Shown here in pieces: positions 1-6,922 of a stretch of DNA of 20,000 nucleotides. The first letter of the stretch is position 1. Every line of letters starts with the position of its first letter. Below the pieces are notes generated by a model. It had not been told where the DNA came from, made no database searches, and saw only the letters and a program-made list of their open reading frames with translations. Source of the DNA: an uncultured virus (IMG/VR IMGVR_UViG_2681813236_000004) (taxonomy: Duplodnaviria > Heunggongvirae > Uroviricota > Caudoviricetes); IMG/VR virus record IMGVR_UViG_2681813236_000004; one strand, given 5' to 3'. The position numbers and the translations under genes are program-made.

Positions 1-583
1 CGGTAAATCCGGTATCAAGCCCCGTTACACCATCATGCGGTCGCTGAAACAACTCTTCTATGCGAGATACCGTTGCATCGAGAATGCTGGCGATATCTTT
101 TGGACCACTACCGCTCTTTTGTCGTTTTTCAGCTATTTCAAAAACGCGGCGCTCGGCCATATCCAGCAATTCATTGCTGCCCCTGCCATCCTGCACATAT
201 CCAGCTTCGGCTATTTCATTTGCGACGGAAATCATTTCACGAACAACCGCGCGTTCACGAACGATATCCGCATAAGCACAAATATTTGCCGCGCTGGGCG
301 TGTTCTTTGACATCTCCGCAAGGTACGCAAAACCACCGGCGCGTTCTAATTTACCGTTCTGTTCAAGTGCTTCAGCAAGTGTTATCAAATCAATCGGTTT
401 GCCATGACTTAATAACCTCTCCATCTCACTGAAAATTTCACGATGAGCACTGGTATAAAAATCATCAGCAACTATACGATCTGCAACTTCATCCCAGCGG
501 CAGTTATCAAGCATTAAGCCACCAAGCACAGCTTGTTCTGCACTAAGGGAATTTGGCATGGATTCAAGAGGGGATGCAGACAT
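1..583 (-). CDS. ban: Replicative DNA helicase, DnaB analog (5' part; runs off the window start)
   Basis: Absent from the ORF track because it is truncated. Manual translation from the ATG at 583 gives MSASPLESMPNSLSAEQAVLGGLMLDNCRWDEVADRIVADDFYTSAHREIF..., the typical DnaB N-terminus (AEQAVLGGLMLDN, DFY...HR.IF). A GGAG RBS lies upstream, and the position after tRNA-Ile matches P1. Confidence 0.93.
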   Translation of the reverse strand, partial: MSASPLESMPNSLSAEQAVLGGLMLDNCRWDEVADRIVADDFYTSAHREIFSEMERLLSHGKPIDLITLAEALEQNGKLERAGGFAYLAEMSKNTPSAANICAYADIVRERAVVREMISVANEIAEAGYVQDGRGSNELLDMAERRVFEIAEKRQKSGSGPKDIASILDATVSRIEELFQRPHDGVTGLDTGFT

Positions 584-869
584 TAACACTCCATCCTGGT
601 GTGCTGAATGTCAGATATAATCGGCATACTCAAATCACTCCTAACGATATGAGTCATCACCAGAAAATCAGGATTAATGCGCCGGACTCTTCCCGGCTGT
701 CACACCGAATCGCCAGGATGGTGAATCCCTTTACCCGAAAAACAACAAACGGTGGCTTGCACATTCCGGCTACCTGGTTCGTTGCCTGAGCTAGGGGCAA
801 GGTTCCCCCCTTTTAACGTCACCAGACCGCTAACGACGCATGTGCCAGACGCCGTGTTACAACCAAATG

Positions 870-945
870 TGGTGGCCCCTACCGGACTTGAACCGGTGAC
901 CGTGCGATTATGAGTCGCCAGCTCTAACCACTGAGCTAAAGGGCC
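870..945 (-). tRNA. trnI: tRNA-Ile2 (anticodon CAT, ileX-like, presumably lysidine-modified); Met not excluded
   Basis: Reverse complement is GGCCCTTTAGCTCAGTGGTTAGAGCTGGCGACTCATAATCGCACGGTCACCGGTTCAAGTCCGGTAGGGGCCACCA: a 76-nt cloverleaf with CT-CAT-AA loop, GTTCAA T-loop and encoded CCA. The GGCCC acceptor resembles ileX. Confidence 0.93.
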
Positions 946-972
946 GGATTACTGCCAATTTTGCTTACACTT

Positions 973-1800
973 TTATTTCACCGGAACAAACGGAACAGCG
1001 GTATTACTGGTCATATACTGCGGTAATGTACCGTTCCATTTGTTGATCGCTTCCAACTCCATAACACCGGGGTTCTGGCGCAGAGCTTCACCACGTAAAC
1101 GAATGGCATCAGCTTCGGCCTGGGCTTTTGTGCGAATAGCATCAGCCTGTCCGGCAGCTTCCGCGCGCAGCATGTTGGCCTCTGCTTCACGTTGTTTGAC
1201 CTCTTGCTCGCGTTGCAGAGTTTTTTGGTTTGCCGTGACTTTGGCGTTAATACTGTCAATAACTGTTGGCGGGTATTCTGGCTTACCTACATAAGAGAGG
1301 CTCATCACCTGAATGCCGATTGGCGTCATTTCTTCCTGAATGTCTTTAAGGGCTGCATCAAGCAATTCAGATTTGCCACCGTCGATAAATTTGTCGGTGG
1401 TCATTTTGCTGGCTAACCGGTTCAGAGCATCTGCAACCTTCTGGCGTAGATCGGTATCAGTAATATCATCTACACCTTTGCGATAGGTCTGAAATACCGT
1501 TGTGACTTTTGCTGGATCAACCTTGTAGGCTACGCCGATGTGGTAACCAATGGTTGTTCCGTCGCTCATCTGGAAGCTGAACGGCTCATCGTATGTCTTC
1601 ATTTGCTTAAAGGTCGGGAAGATATAAACTTCAGTATTCAAGCCTGTCCAGTAGCGACCAACGCCAACTACTTCACCGATACCTTTATCATCCCCCAGCT
1701 TATTTACTTTGATCCCTACGTTACCTGGCTCTACCCGATCGCATCCGGTCAGACATAAAGAACCCAAAATAATCGCTGCACTAATCAACGTTTTTTTCAT
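973..1800 (-). CDS. SPFH/band-7 (prohibitin-like) lipoprotein
   Basis: 275 aa. Signal peptide with lipobox LTGC, SPFH-like core (V.PG.VGI.V, GRYWTG, GIQVMSLS..P.YP), Ala/Glu-rich coiled coil (AEANMLRAEAAGQADAI) and C-terminal 'INKWNGTLP' typical of phage SPFH proteins. Confidence 0.85.
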   Translation of the reverse strand: MKKTLISAAIILGSLCLTGCDRVEPGNVGIKVNKLGDDKGIGEVVGVGRYWTGLNTEVYIFPTFKQMKTYDEPFSFQMSDGTTIGYHIGVAYKVDPAKVTTVFQTYRKGVDDITDTDLRQKVADALNRLASKMTTDKFIDGGKSELLDAALKDIQEEMTPIGIQVMSLSYVGKPEYPPTVIDSINAKVTANQKTLQREQEVKQREAEANMLRAEAAGQADAIRTKAQAEADAIRLRGEALRQNPGVMELEAINKWNGTLPQYMTSNTAVPFVPVK

Positions 1801-2017
1801 TAATTAATTTCCTGGTTTTTTCACGAAAAAAGACTACTGCGAAAGCCGGGTAAATGAGCGCGAGAAGGACTCCCAACAATACAAGTATTGTGCTGTTAGA
1901 TGAGATCATATTTGGCAAAAGCCAAACATACAGAACCAGTGACACAATCAAACAGAGGACGGCATAAATATATAACCGCACCCATAGCGTTCGACATTTG
2001 TTCGGATTGTTCTGCAT
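1781..2017 (-). CDS. Small inner-membrane protein with two predicted TM helices, overlapping the SPFH gene start
   Basis: 78 aa with two hydrophobic stretches (LYIYAVLCLIVSLVLYVWLL; ILVLLGVLLALIYPAFAVVFF). GGAG/GAGG RBS upstream and a 20-nt overlap with the downstream gene. Confidence 0.7.
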   Translation of the reverse strand: MQNNPNKCRTLWVRLYIYAVLCLIVSLVLYVWLLPNMISSNSTILVLLGVLLALIYPAFAVVFFREKTRKLINEKNVD

Positions 2018-2048
2018 CCTCTCACTCCATTATTTAACGAATAAAAAA

Positions 2049-2172
2049 GCTGCGGTGCCGGGTGCCTCCCGGTATCCTTTGGCTGGTTATCTACCGTGGA
2101 CGGGGAAACAAGGAGAAATAATGGACAGATATAACCATTTCCCCGCGTGCGCTTAGCCGCATTCACCGCAAC
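2049..2172 (-). ncRNA. Candidate tRNA-like structured RNA module 1
   Basis: Closing stem GTTGCGGTG/CACCGCAGC, 5' element AATGCGGCTAAGCGCA, 3' hairpin CCGGG-AGGCA-CCCGG, followed by a U-tract (2043-2048). Confidence 0.55.
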
Positions 2173-2332
2173 GGAAAGAGCATTCTTGGTGGACCTGTAG
2201 ATTGGGATATGAACCCGTTACAGGAGAATGCTCTTACCTGTTACGTGCTCCGTTTCGTGGAGCTAACGGCGGGTGATCAGACCGCACCAGACTGGACTTA
2301 TTTCAGCGTTATGCTCATGCCAGAGAATCAAA

Positions 2333-2432
2333 CTGTGATGGTCGGTGCTGAACTCCGACACAGGGTTGTAGCAAGCCCCGCAAAGCGCGCACTACTGTAG
2401 TTGCGGCACATCAGCCTGTGCATTCACCACAA
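2333..2432 (-). ncRNA. Candidate tRNA-like structured RNA module 2
   Basis: Closing stem TTGTGGTG/CATCACAG, 5' hairpin GCACA-GGCTGA-TGTGC, 3' T-arm-like hairpin GTCGG-AGTTCAGCA-CCGAC. Confidence 0.6.
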
Positions 2433-2515
2433 TGTTGAGAACACTGGTTGTCACGCTGCCTCGCGACATTTATTCATAGATTGGGATATGACCCCGTTAC
2501 GCCAATGTTCTCAAC

Positions 2516-2666
2516 GTTGTAGTGCCGGTTACGGTTCCGGCCAGGCCTCTTCCTCAACGGGGTGTTCTCCATACGGACTACCGTTTATTGGTCGTTCCTG
2601 CGGTTTATGTTGTGAAGCCAGATGCTTATCTTCTGGTTGCTTCAAAGAGCTGCACTTCATCACAAC
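2516..2666 (-). ncRNA. Candidate structured RNA module 3
   Basis: Closing stem GTTGTGATG/CACTACAAC, internal CCAGA..TCTGG hairpin, 3' hairpin GCCGG-AACCGTAA-CCGGC. Confidence 0.5.
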
Positions 2667-2729
2667 GGTAAGAGCACTCGATGCATTTAAGCCAAGCCCC
2701 ATAAGGGAGAATGCCCTTACCTGTTGTGC

Positions 2730-2805
2730 TGGTGCCGGTTAACGGACTCGAACCGCTGACATCCTGCTTACAAGGCAGGCGCTCTACCAACTGAGCTAAA
2801 CCGGC
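2730..2805 (-). tRNA. trnT: tRNA-Thr (TGT)
   Basis: Reverse complement is GCCGGTTTAGCTCAGTTGGTAGAGCGCCTGCCTTGTAAGCAGGATGTCAGCGGTTCGAGTCCGTTAACCGGCACCA, with anticodon arm CCTGC-CTTGTAA-GCAGG and a CCA end. Confidence 0.96.
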
Positions 2806-2807
2806 AT

Positions 2808-2883
2808 TGGCGATGGTGGATGGATTTGAACCATCGACCCGTTGATTAACAGTCAACCGCTCTAACCGCTGAGCTACACCATC
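2808..2883 (-). tRNA. trnA: tRNA-Asn (GTT)
   Basis: Reverse complement is GATGGTGTAGCTCAGCGGTTAGAGCGGTTGACTGTTAATCAACGGGTCGATGGTTCAAATCCATCCACCATCGCCA, with anticodon arm GTTGA-CTGTTAA-TCAAC and a CCA end. Confidence 0.95.
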
Positions 2884-3169
2884 ACTTGCCGGGTACGTCT
2901 CCGGCGAGGGCTTCCACCTCCGTATGCTTTTCGGCGCACCGCGCCCTGACTGCAATTCGGTAACAGGGGATGCATAATCCTGGCTTCCAGCGTGATTAGC
3001 GCCTTCAGCATGACGGGATATACCCGTAAATTCGTGGAACTGTACCCAAAGTGCTGTTAAGCACCGCTGTTACGCTGAAAAGAAGACGCAACAGGAAAGG
3101 ACGCTGACCAACAGATGGCCCCTTCTCGTTCATCTGGTTAATCACACCAGCGCCCTTACCTGTTGTGCC

Positions 3170-3340
3170 TCCCCGTTCCCTAATACACAGACGGGGACAC
3201 TCTGTGGTCGATTTTTTGACGGGGGACGACTCATACCCCGTGGCGTCTGGCTTCTTAGGCCGCTACCATCATCAGATTATCGTTTGCATTTACTTTAATG
3301 GTCAGTTTCTAAACCGCCGCAAAGTCGCTAACCATGACGA
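3170..3340 (-). ncRNA. Candidate tmRNA-like RNA (mRNA-like domain only: pseudoknot, tag frame ANDNLMMVAA*, two pseudoknots)
   Basis: Tag-like frame at 3287-3255 reads GCA AAC GAT AAT CTG ATG ATG GTA GCG GCC TAA. It is flanked by three pairable H-type pseudoknots. No tRNA-like domain was found. Confidence 0.55.
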
Positions 3341-3348
3341 AAACCCTG

Positions 3349-3374
3349 AAAAAAACGCCCACCCGAAGATGGGC
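3349..3374 (-). terminator. Intrinsic terminator
   Basis: GCCCATC-TTCG-GGTGGGC followed by GTTTTTTT on the minus strand. Confidence 0.8.
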
Positions 3375-3535
3375 AAACTGGAAGCTCGTAACGCACTTCG
3401 GCGTTGCCACTTAGGCGCATGGTCAACCTGGCAACTCGGTGGTTTGTCTGGGAGGACTAGGCCCAGCCATGCTTACCGCCGCGCCTGTCGCGGCTAACAG
3501 CTAAATCGCTCTATAAATCACGATTCATTGAGGCG

Positions 3536-3565
3536 ATATTACACTAATAAATTTATTAGAGCAAT
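3536..3565 (-). promoter_or_regulatory. Bivalent C1 repressor operator overlapping a sigma70 promoter (Op72/ban-operon-like)
   Basis: Perfect P1 C1 operator ATTGCTCTAATAAATTT at 3549-3565 (-), plus an overlapping inverted copy ATTACACTAATAAATTT at 3538-3554 (+). Promoter TTGCTC-17 bp-TAATAT on the minus strand. Overlaps the dmt stop codon. Confidence 0.88.
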
Positions 3566-5574
3566 ATACCTAAAACGTCATGAGCAACACCTCGAGTGTC
3601 CCCCTTACAAGACACAGAACGTCTGGCAAAAAGAGGTTCCACTCTGAAGCCATTGTCATGATAAAGCTCTCTGATGTTTGGCGCGCCACTGTTAGTAATG
3701 AGAACCTTTGCACCTCGGCGATGAGCATCCGTCAACAGAGACACCAGGCGTTTTTGCTCTTCAAACTTAAAGTCATGACCGGAATAGTTCGTGAATCCCT
3801 CTGTATTTGGAAGCGGTTCATATGGCGGATCGCAAAAAATGACATCTCCTTCTCCGGCAGCTTCAATCACCGCAGCAAAATCACCACATACAAACTCAGA
3901 ACGCCCTTCCGCACCAAGGAAGGCTTCCATCTCCTGCAATGGGAAATACGGAGTTTTATACTTCCCATAACCGACATTGAACTCACCGGCCTGGTTGTAA
4001 CGCGTCAATCCGTTAAAACAATGTCGGTTCAGGAACAAAAACGCCGCTGCGCGATGTAAATCATCATAGACTTGTTTGTTAAACGCATTCCGTACTGCCA
4101 GGTATCCTTCCTGTGTGTTGTAGTCCTGGAAAAACCGATGCGCCAGAGTGATAAGTGAACGTTCCTCACGTTGCAAAGTCTTGTAAAAGTTAATCAGGTC
4201 AGCATTCACATCATTTAGCAGATTTTCCTTGTATCCGGCATTCATGAAGACAGCTCCGCCACCGACAAAAGGTTCAATCAGGCGCTTCCCTTCTGGCAAA
4301 TAGCGAAAGATTTGTTCCAGAACACCAAATTTTCCACCAGCCCATTTGAATATGGACCGTTCGAATTCTGCCGCTGGTTTAACTTTTCGCTCTTTTGTTT
4401 CATTCCCTTCATTCTGCCGACATGCAGCCTTGGTAATCCGATCGCCAATCCAGCGCATTACTGGTATCGCCATACTATTGCCGATCGCTTTGTAACGCGG
4501 TCCGTCAGCTGCAAGCATCGCGGCCTCTTCTTCGCTCAAATCAGGATAGTTTTTGCGAAGGTATGCCAGTTCATCTGAAGAAACTTTTTTACGCTTTTCC
4601 GTAGGGATCAATGTATGTCCATCAGGAAAACCTTGCAGCCTTTCACATTCGACAGGGGTAAGACGGCGCATTCTACCGTCGCCGAGCAATACAATTGGTG
4701 CTTCATGGTTACATGTCAAAGTTGGTGCCGAATTATCGGTTTTTATCTCAGCCCCTCCTTGCCCATGTGCCATGGCAATTATGTTTGTATCATCGCAAGT
4801 TCTGATAGCGATGTTTGAAGTATATCTGGTAGTTTCCTTCCCCTCGCCTCTGCTCGGCGCAATATTCCGGCGCACGCCTTCGAACTCAAAAAGTACCGTT
4901 GCGGGATCGAGGTCTGTTCGAGCACTTGCGACAACAAACACGCGTCGGCGTCGTTGTGCCACTCCGAAGTATTGGGCATCAAGGATTCTCCAGGCCACTT
5001 TTCGCTGCGGTCCATAAATACAACCACACTGCGGCCACTTTGGAGCATGGCAACCGGTTTTGACATCCCACCGCCAGAACGCGTTACTTTTTCCTGATTC
5101 AGGTCGATCACCTGGTTCGAATGGCGCATCTTCTCCAGCCAATCCGGCAAGGAAACATCCGAAGGCGTTATCTGCCGATGACAAGACTCCTGGGACATTT
5201 TCCCAGACGATAACTGCTGGTTTGAGAAATGACTCAGCCCGTTTGTCGTCAATTGCATTTGCAAGCTCCACATACTTTAAAGTTAGCGCGCCACGCTCAT
5301 CATCAAGCCCACCACCTAATCCCGCGATACTGAATGCCTGACAAGGTGTTCCCCCGACGAGCACATCAGGGGATTCGATTTCCCCAGCCAGGACTTTTTT
5401 GGCAAGTTTTGTCATGTCGCCAAGGTTGGCGACATGGGGCCAGCGGTGCGCAAGAACGGCAGATGGAAAAGGCTCGATTTCAGCAAACCACGCCGGACGC
5501 ATACCCAACGGTTCCCAGGCAATACTCGCGGCTTCAATTCCACTGCAAACAGATCCATAGCACAGCTCTTTCAC
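3556..5574 (-). CDS. dmt: Bifunctional DNA methyltransferase: N-terminal C5-cytosine MTase fused to C-terminal Dam-family N6-adenine MTase
   Basis: C5-MTase motifs: SVCSGIEA (I), GGTPCQAFS (IV), ENV (VI), QRRRR (VIII), [15 protein letters not shown] (IX), YKAIGNS (X). Dam motifs: KWAGGK, EPFVGGG, DPPY. Confidence 0.95.
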   Translation of the reverse strand: MKELCYGSVCSGIEAASIAWEPLGMRPAWFAEIEPFPSAVLAHRWPHVANLGDMTKLAKKVLAGEIESPDVLVGGTPCQAFSIAGLGGGLDDERGALTLKYVELANAIDDKRAESFLKPAVIVWENVPGVLSSADNAFGCFLAGLAGEDAPFEPGDRPESGKSNAFWRWDVKTGCHAPKWPQCGCIYGPQRKVAWRILDAQYFGVAQRRRRVFVVASARTDLDPATVLFEFEGVRRNIAPSRGEGKETTRYTSNIAIRTCDDTNIIAMAHGQGGAEIKTDNSAPTLTCNHEAPIVLLGDGRMRRLTPVECERLQGFPDGHTLIPTEKRKKVSSDELAYLRKNYPDLSEEEAAMLAADGPRYKAIGNSMAIPVMRWIGDRITKAACRQNEGNETKERKVKPAAEFERSIFKWAGGKFGVLEQIFRYLPEGKRLIEPFVGGGAVFMNAGYKENLLNDVNADLINFYKTLQREERSLITLAHRFFQDYNTQEGYLAVRNAFNKQVYDDLHRAAAFLFLNRHCFNGLTRYNQAGEFNVGYGKYKTPYFPLQEMEAFLGAEGRSEFVCGDFAAVIEAAGEGDVIFCDPPYEPLPNTEGFTNYSGHDFKFEEQKRLVSLLTDAHRRGAKVLITNSGAPNIRELYHDNGFRVEPLFARRSVSCKGDTRGVAHDVLGILL

Positions 5575-6476
5575 TGCTTAGCCTCTCCACCAAGGGCATT
5601 TACCAGAGCATCAACCAGGCACGAAATTTCACTGGTCAACAGGAAGAAATCTGCGTCCAGTCGCTGCGCAACATCTTCACTATCAATATCAGAGTTCTGC
5701 TCAAGCAATTCATCCGCAAATTTGACGCTGGTAAGGCTGAAGTTATGGTCCAGTGTAAATTTAATGCGGTTCTGCCAGTCGAGTGCCAACTTAGTGACGA
5801 GCTTGCCAGCTTCCAGGTGTGTGGAAATTTCATCGCTTCCCAAATCCTGCTTTTTCACTCGGGCAATACCGCCATCCTCAAGCACTGCCTTAAGTTCTGC
5901 CGCATCCCCCATTTGAAATCCCTGTGGAGCACTACCATCACGTACCCAGTCGGTCAGCGTTAATTCAATGGGATTTTCAACACTCAGGGGAACAACAGGA
6001 AGAGAACCCAGAGACTTACGCATAAGCGCGAGCATATCTTCTGCCTGCCGCGCGCTGGCATTGATATAGATACGTTTAGTTGAACCGTCGTAGATCGCCT
6101 GGATAACAGAAAACTTTGAAAAAGCCCGTGGAAGAAGAGAATGCAGAACTTCGTCTTTCAGGGAGTCCTTCTCTGTTTTCTTCAGTTTACGCGCTTGTTC
6201 TTGCTCAAGTTTTTCAATTTTTTCTTGAATAGCTCGCTGGATAACCGGCGGGGGAAGAATTTTTGTTTCGCGCTTTGCTTCAACAAGGATAAAACCATTT
6301 CCATGCATAGCGATAACTTCGGAATTATCACCAAATGGCGATACAAAACCGAACTTGGCCATATCCTGACTACCGCATGGCGTGAAAAGGATCATTTTCT
6401 TTTTATCTTCTAAGTCGGTCAGATCCGCCTCACGAGAAAGTTTATAAATAGTAATGTTTTTCCAGTGCTTAAACAT
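5571..6476 (-). CDS. hrdC: RdgC-family recombination-associated protein
   Basis: Start taken at [13 protein letters not shown] (6476). RdgC motifs FTPCGSQD...[31 protein letters not shown]. 4-nt overlap with dmt. Confidence 0.93.
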   Translation of the reverse strand: MFKHWKNITIYKLSREADLTDLEDKKKMILFTPCGSQDMAKFGFVSPFGDNSEVIAMHGNGFILVEAKRETKILPPPVIQRAIQEKIEKLEQEQARKLKKTEKDSLKDEVLHSLLPRAFSKFSVIQAIYDGSTKRIYINASARQAEDMLALMRKSLGSLPVVPLSVENPIELTLTDWVRDGSAPQGFQMGDAAELKAVLEDGGIARVKKQDLGSDEISTHLEAGKLVTKLALDWQNRIKFTLDHNFSLTSVKFADELLEQNSDIDSEDVAQRLDADFFLLTSEISCLVDALVNALGGEAKQ

Positions 6477-6753
6477 GTTGTAACCCTTGAATATCAACCA
6501 CAGAAAGCTCGTCTTTGTAGAAAAAGGCCAGGTTGTGGCACCCCCTCGTTTGAGCGTATGAGCTGGGACCAATTTCGTTCTTCCAGACAAATGGCTTCAA
6601 ATCCGTACGGCGAAGCATAAAAACGCGATTTGTTCCGCTCTGATTCCCAATGAGGCAAAAGCCTTCTTTCACCTTGATAGCCTGCAAGTTGTCGAGTTCA
6701 CCGCTGGTTACACGGCTATCGAACTCTTTGCGGCTTATTAGCTCCATCTGCAT
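6469..6753 (-). CDS. uhr: Hypothetical phage protein upstream of hrdC
   Basis: 94 aa from the ATG at 6753 with a GGAG RBS. Lies downstream of a C1 operator and overlaps the hrdC start. Name from P1 synteny. Confidence 0.75.
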   Translation of the reverse strand: MQMELISRKEFDSRVTSGELDNLQAIKVKEGFCLIGNQSGTNRVFMLRRTDLKPFVWKNEIGPSSYAQTRGCHNLAFFYKDELSVVDIQGLQHV

Positions 6754-6824
6754 CTGACGACTCCAAACAAATGCCCATTGAAGGGCGATGGCTGAATGGT
6801 ACCGAAAATACGACACAAAAAACA

Positions 6825-6841
6825 ATATTTATTAGAGCAAT
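6825..6841 (-). promoter_or_regulatory. C1 repressor operator (Op68-like) upstream of uhr-hrdC-dmt
   Basis: ATTGCTCTAATAAATAT, a 16/17 match to the C1 operator consensus. Confidence 0.85.
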
Positions 6842-6871
6842 TTTGTAATAAGTAAACGCCATACAGCCCAC

Positions 6872-6890
6872 AAATAACTTAAGTTAAAAT
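6872..6890 (+). promoter_or_regulatory. Putative Lpa-dependent late promoter
   Basis: AAATAACTT-N4-TAAAAT, with the same spacing as the element before gene 23. Resembles the P1 late promoter -22 box AAGTTACTT plus a -10 hexamer. Confidence 0.6.
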
Positions 6891-6922
6891 AACGAAAATC
6901 AGAGCAAATAATTGGTGATGGC

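Noticed and set aside
35..789. Plus-strand ORFs 35-310, 60-275, 73-432 and 553-789
   Set aside because: These are shadow frames antisense to ban and its leader.
2242..2300. Possible hammerhead ribozyme (CTGATCA...GAAAC on the minus strand)
   Set aside because: The core reads CUGAUCA, not CUGANGA. The GAAA lies inside a GCTCC/GGAGC hairpin loop, and stems I-III cannot be built.
2171..3167. CRISPR array interpretation of the recurring repeats
   Set aside because: The repeats are degenerate inverted pairs with irregular spacing and structured interiors, and there are no cas genes.
1948..3497. ORF-track entries in the RNA cluster (1948-2166, 2209-2400, 2401-2742, 2626-2955, 3165-3497)
   Set aside because: They have no RBS or recognisable motifs, overlap tRNAs or stems, and are mostly antisense to the operon.
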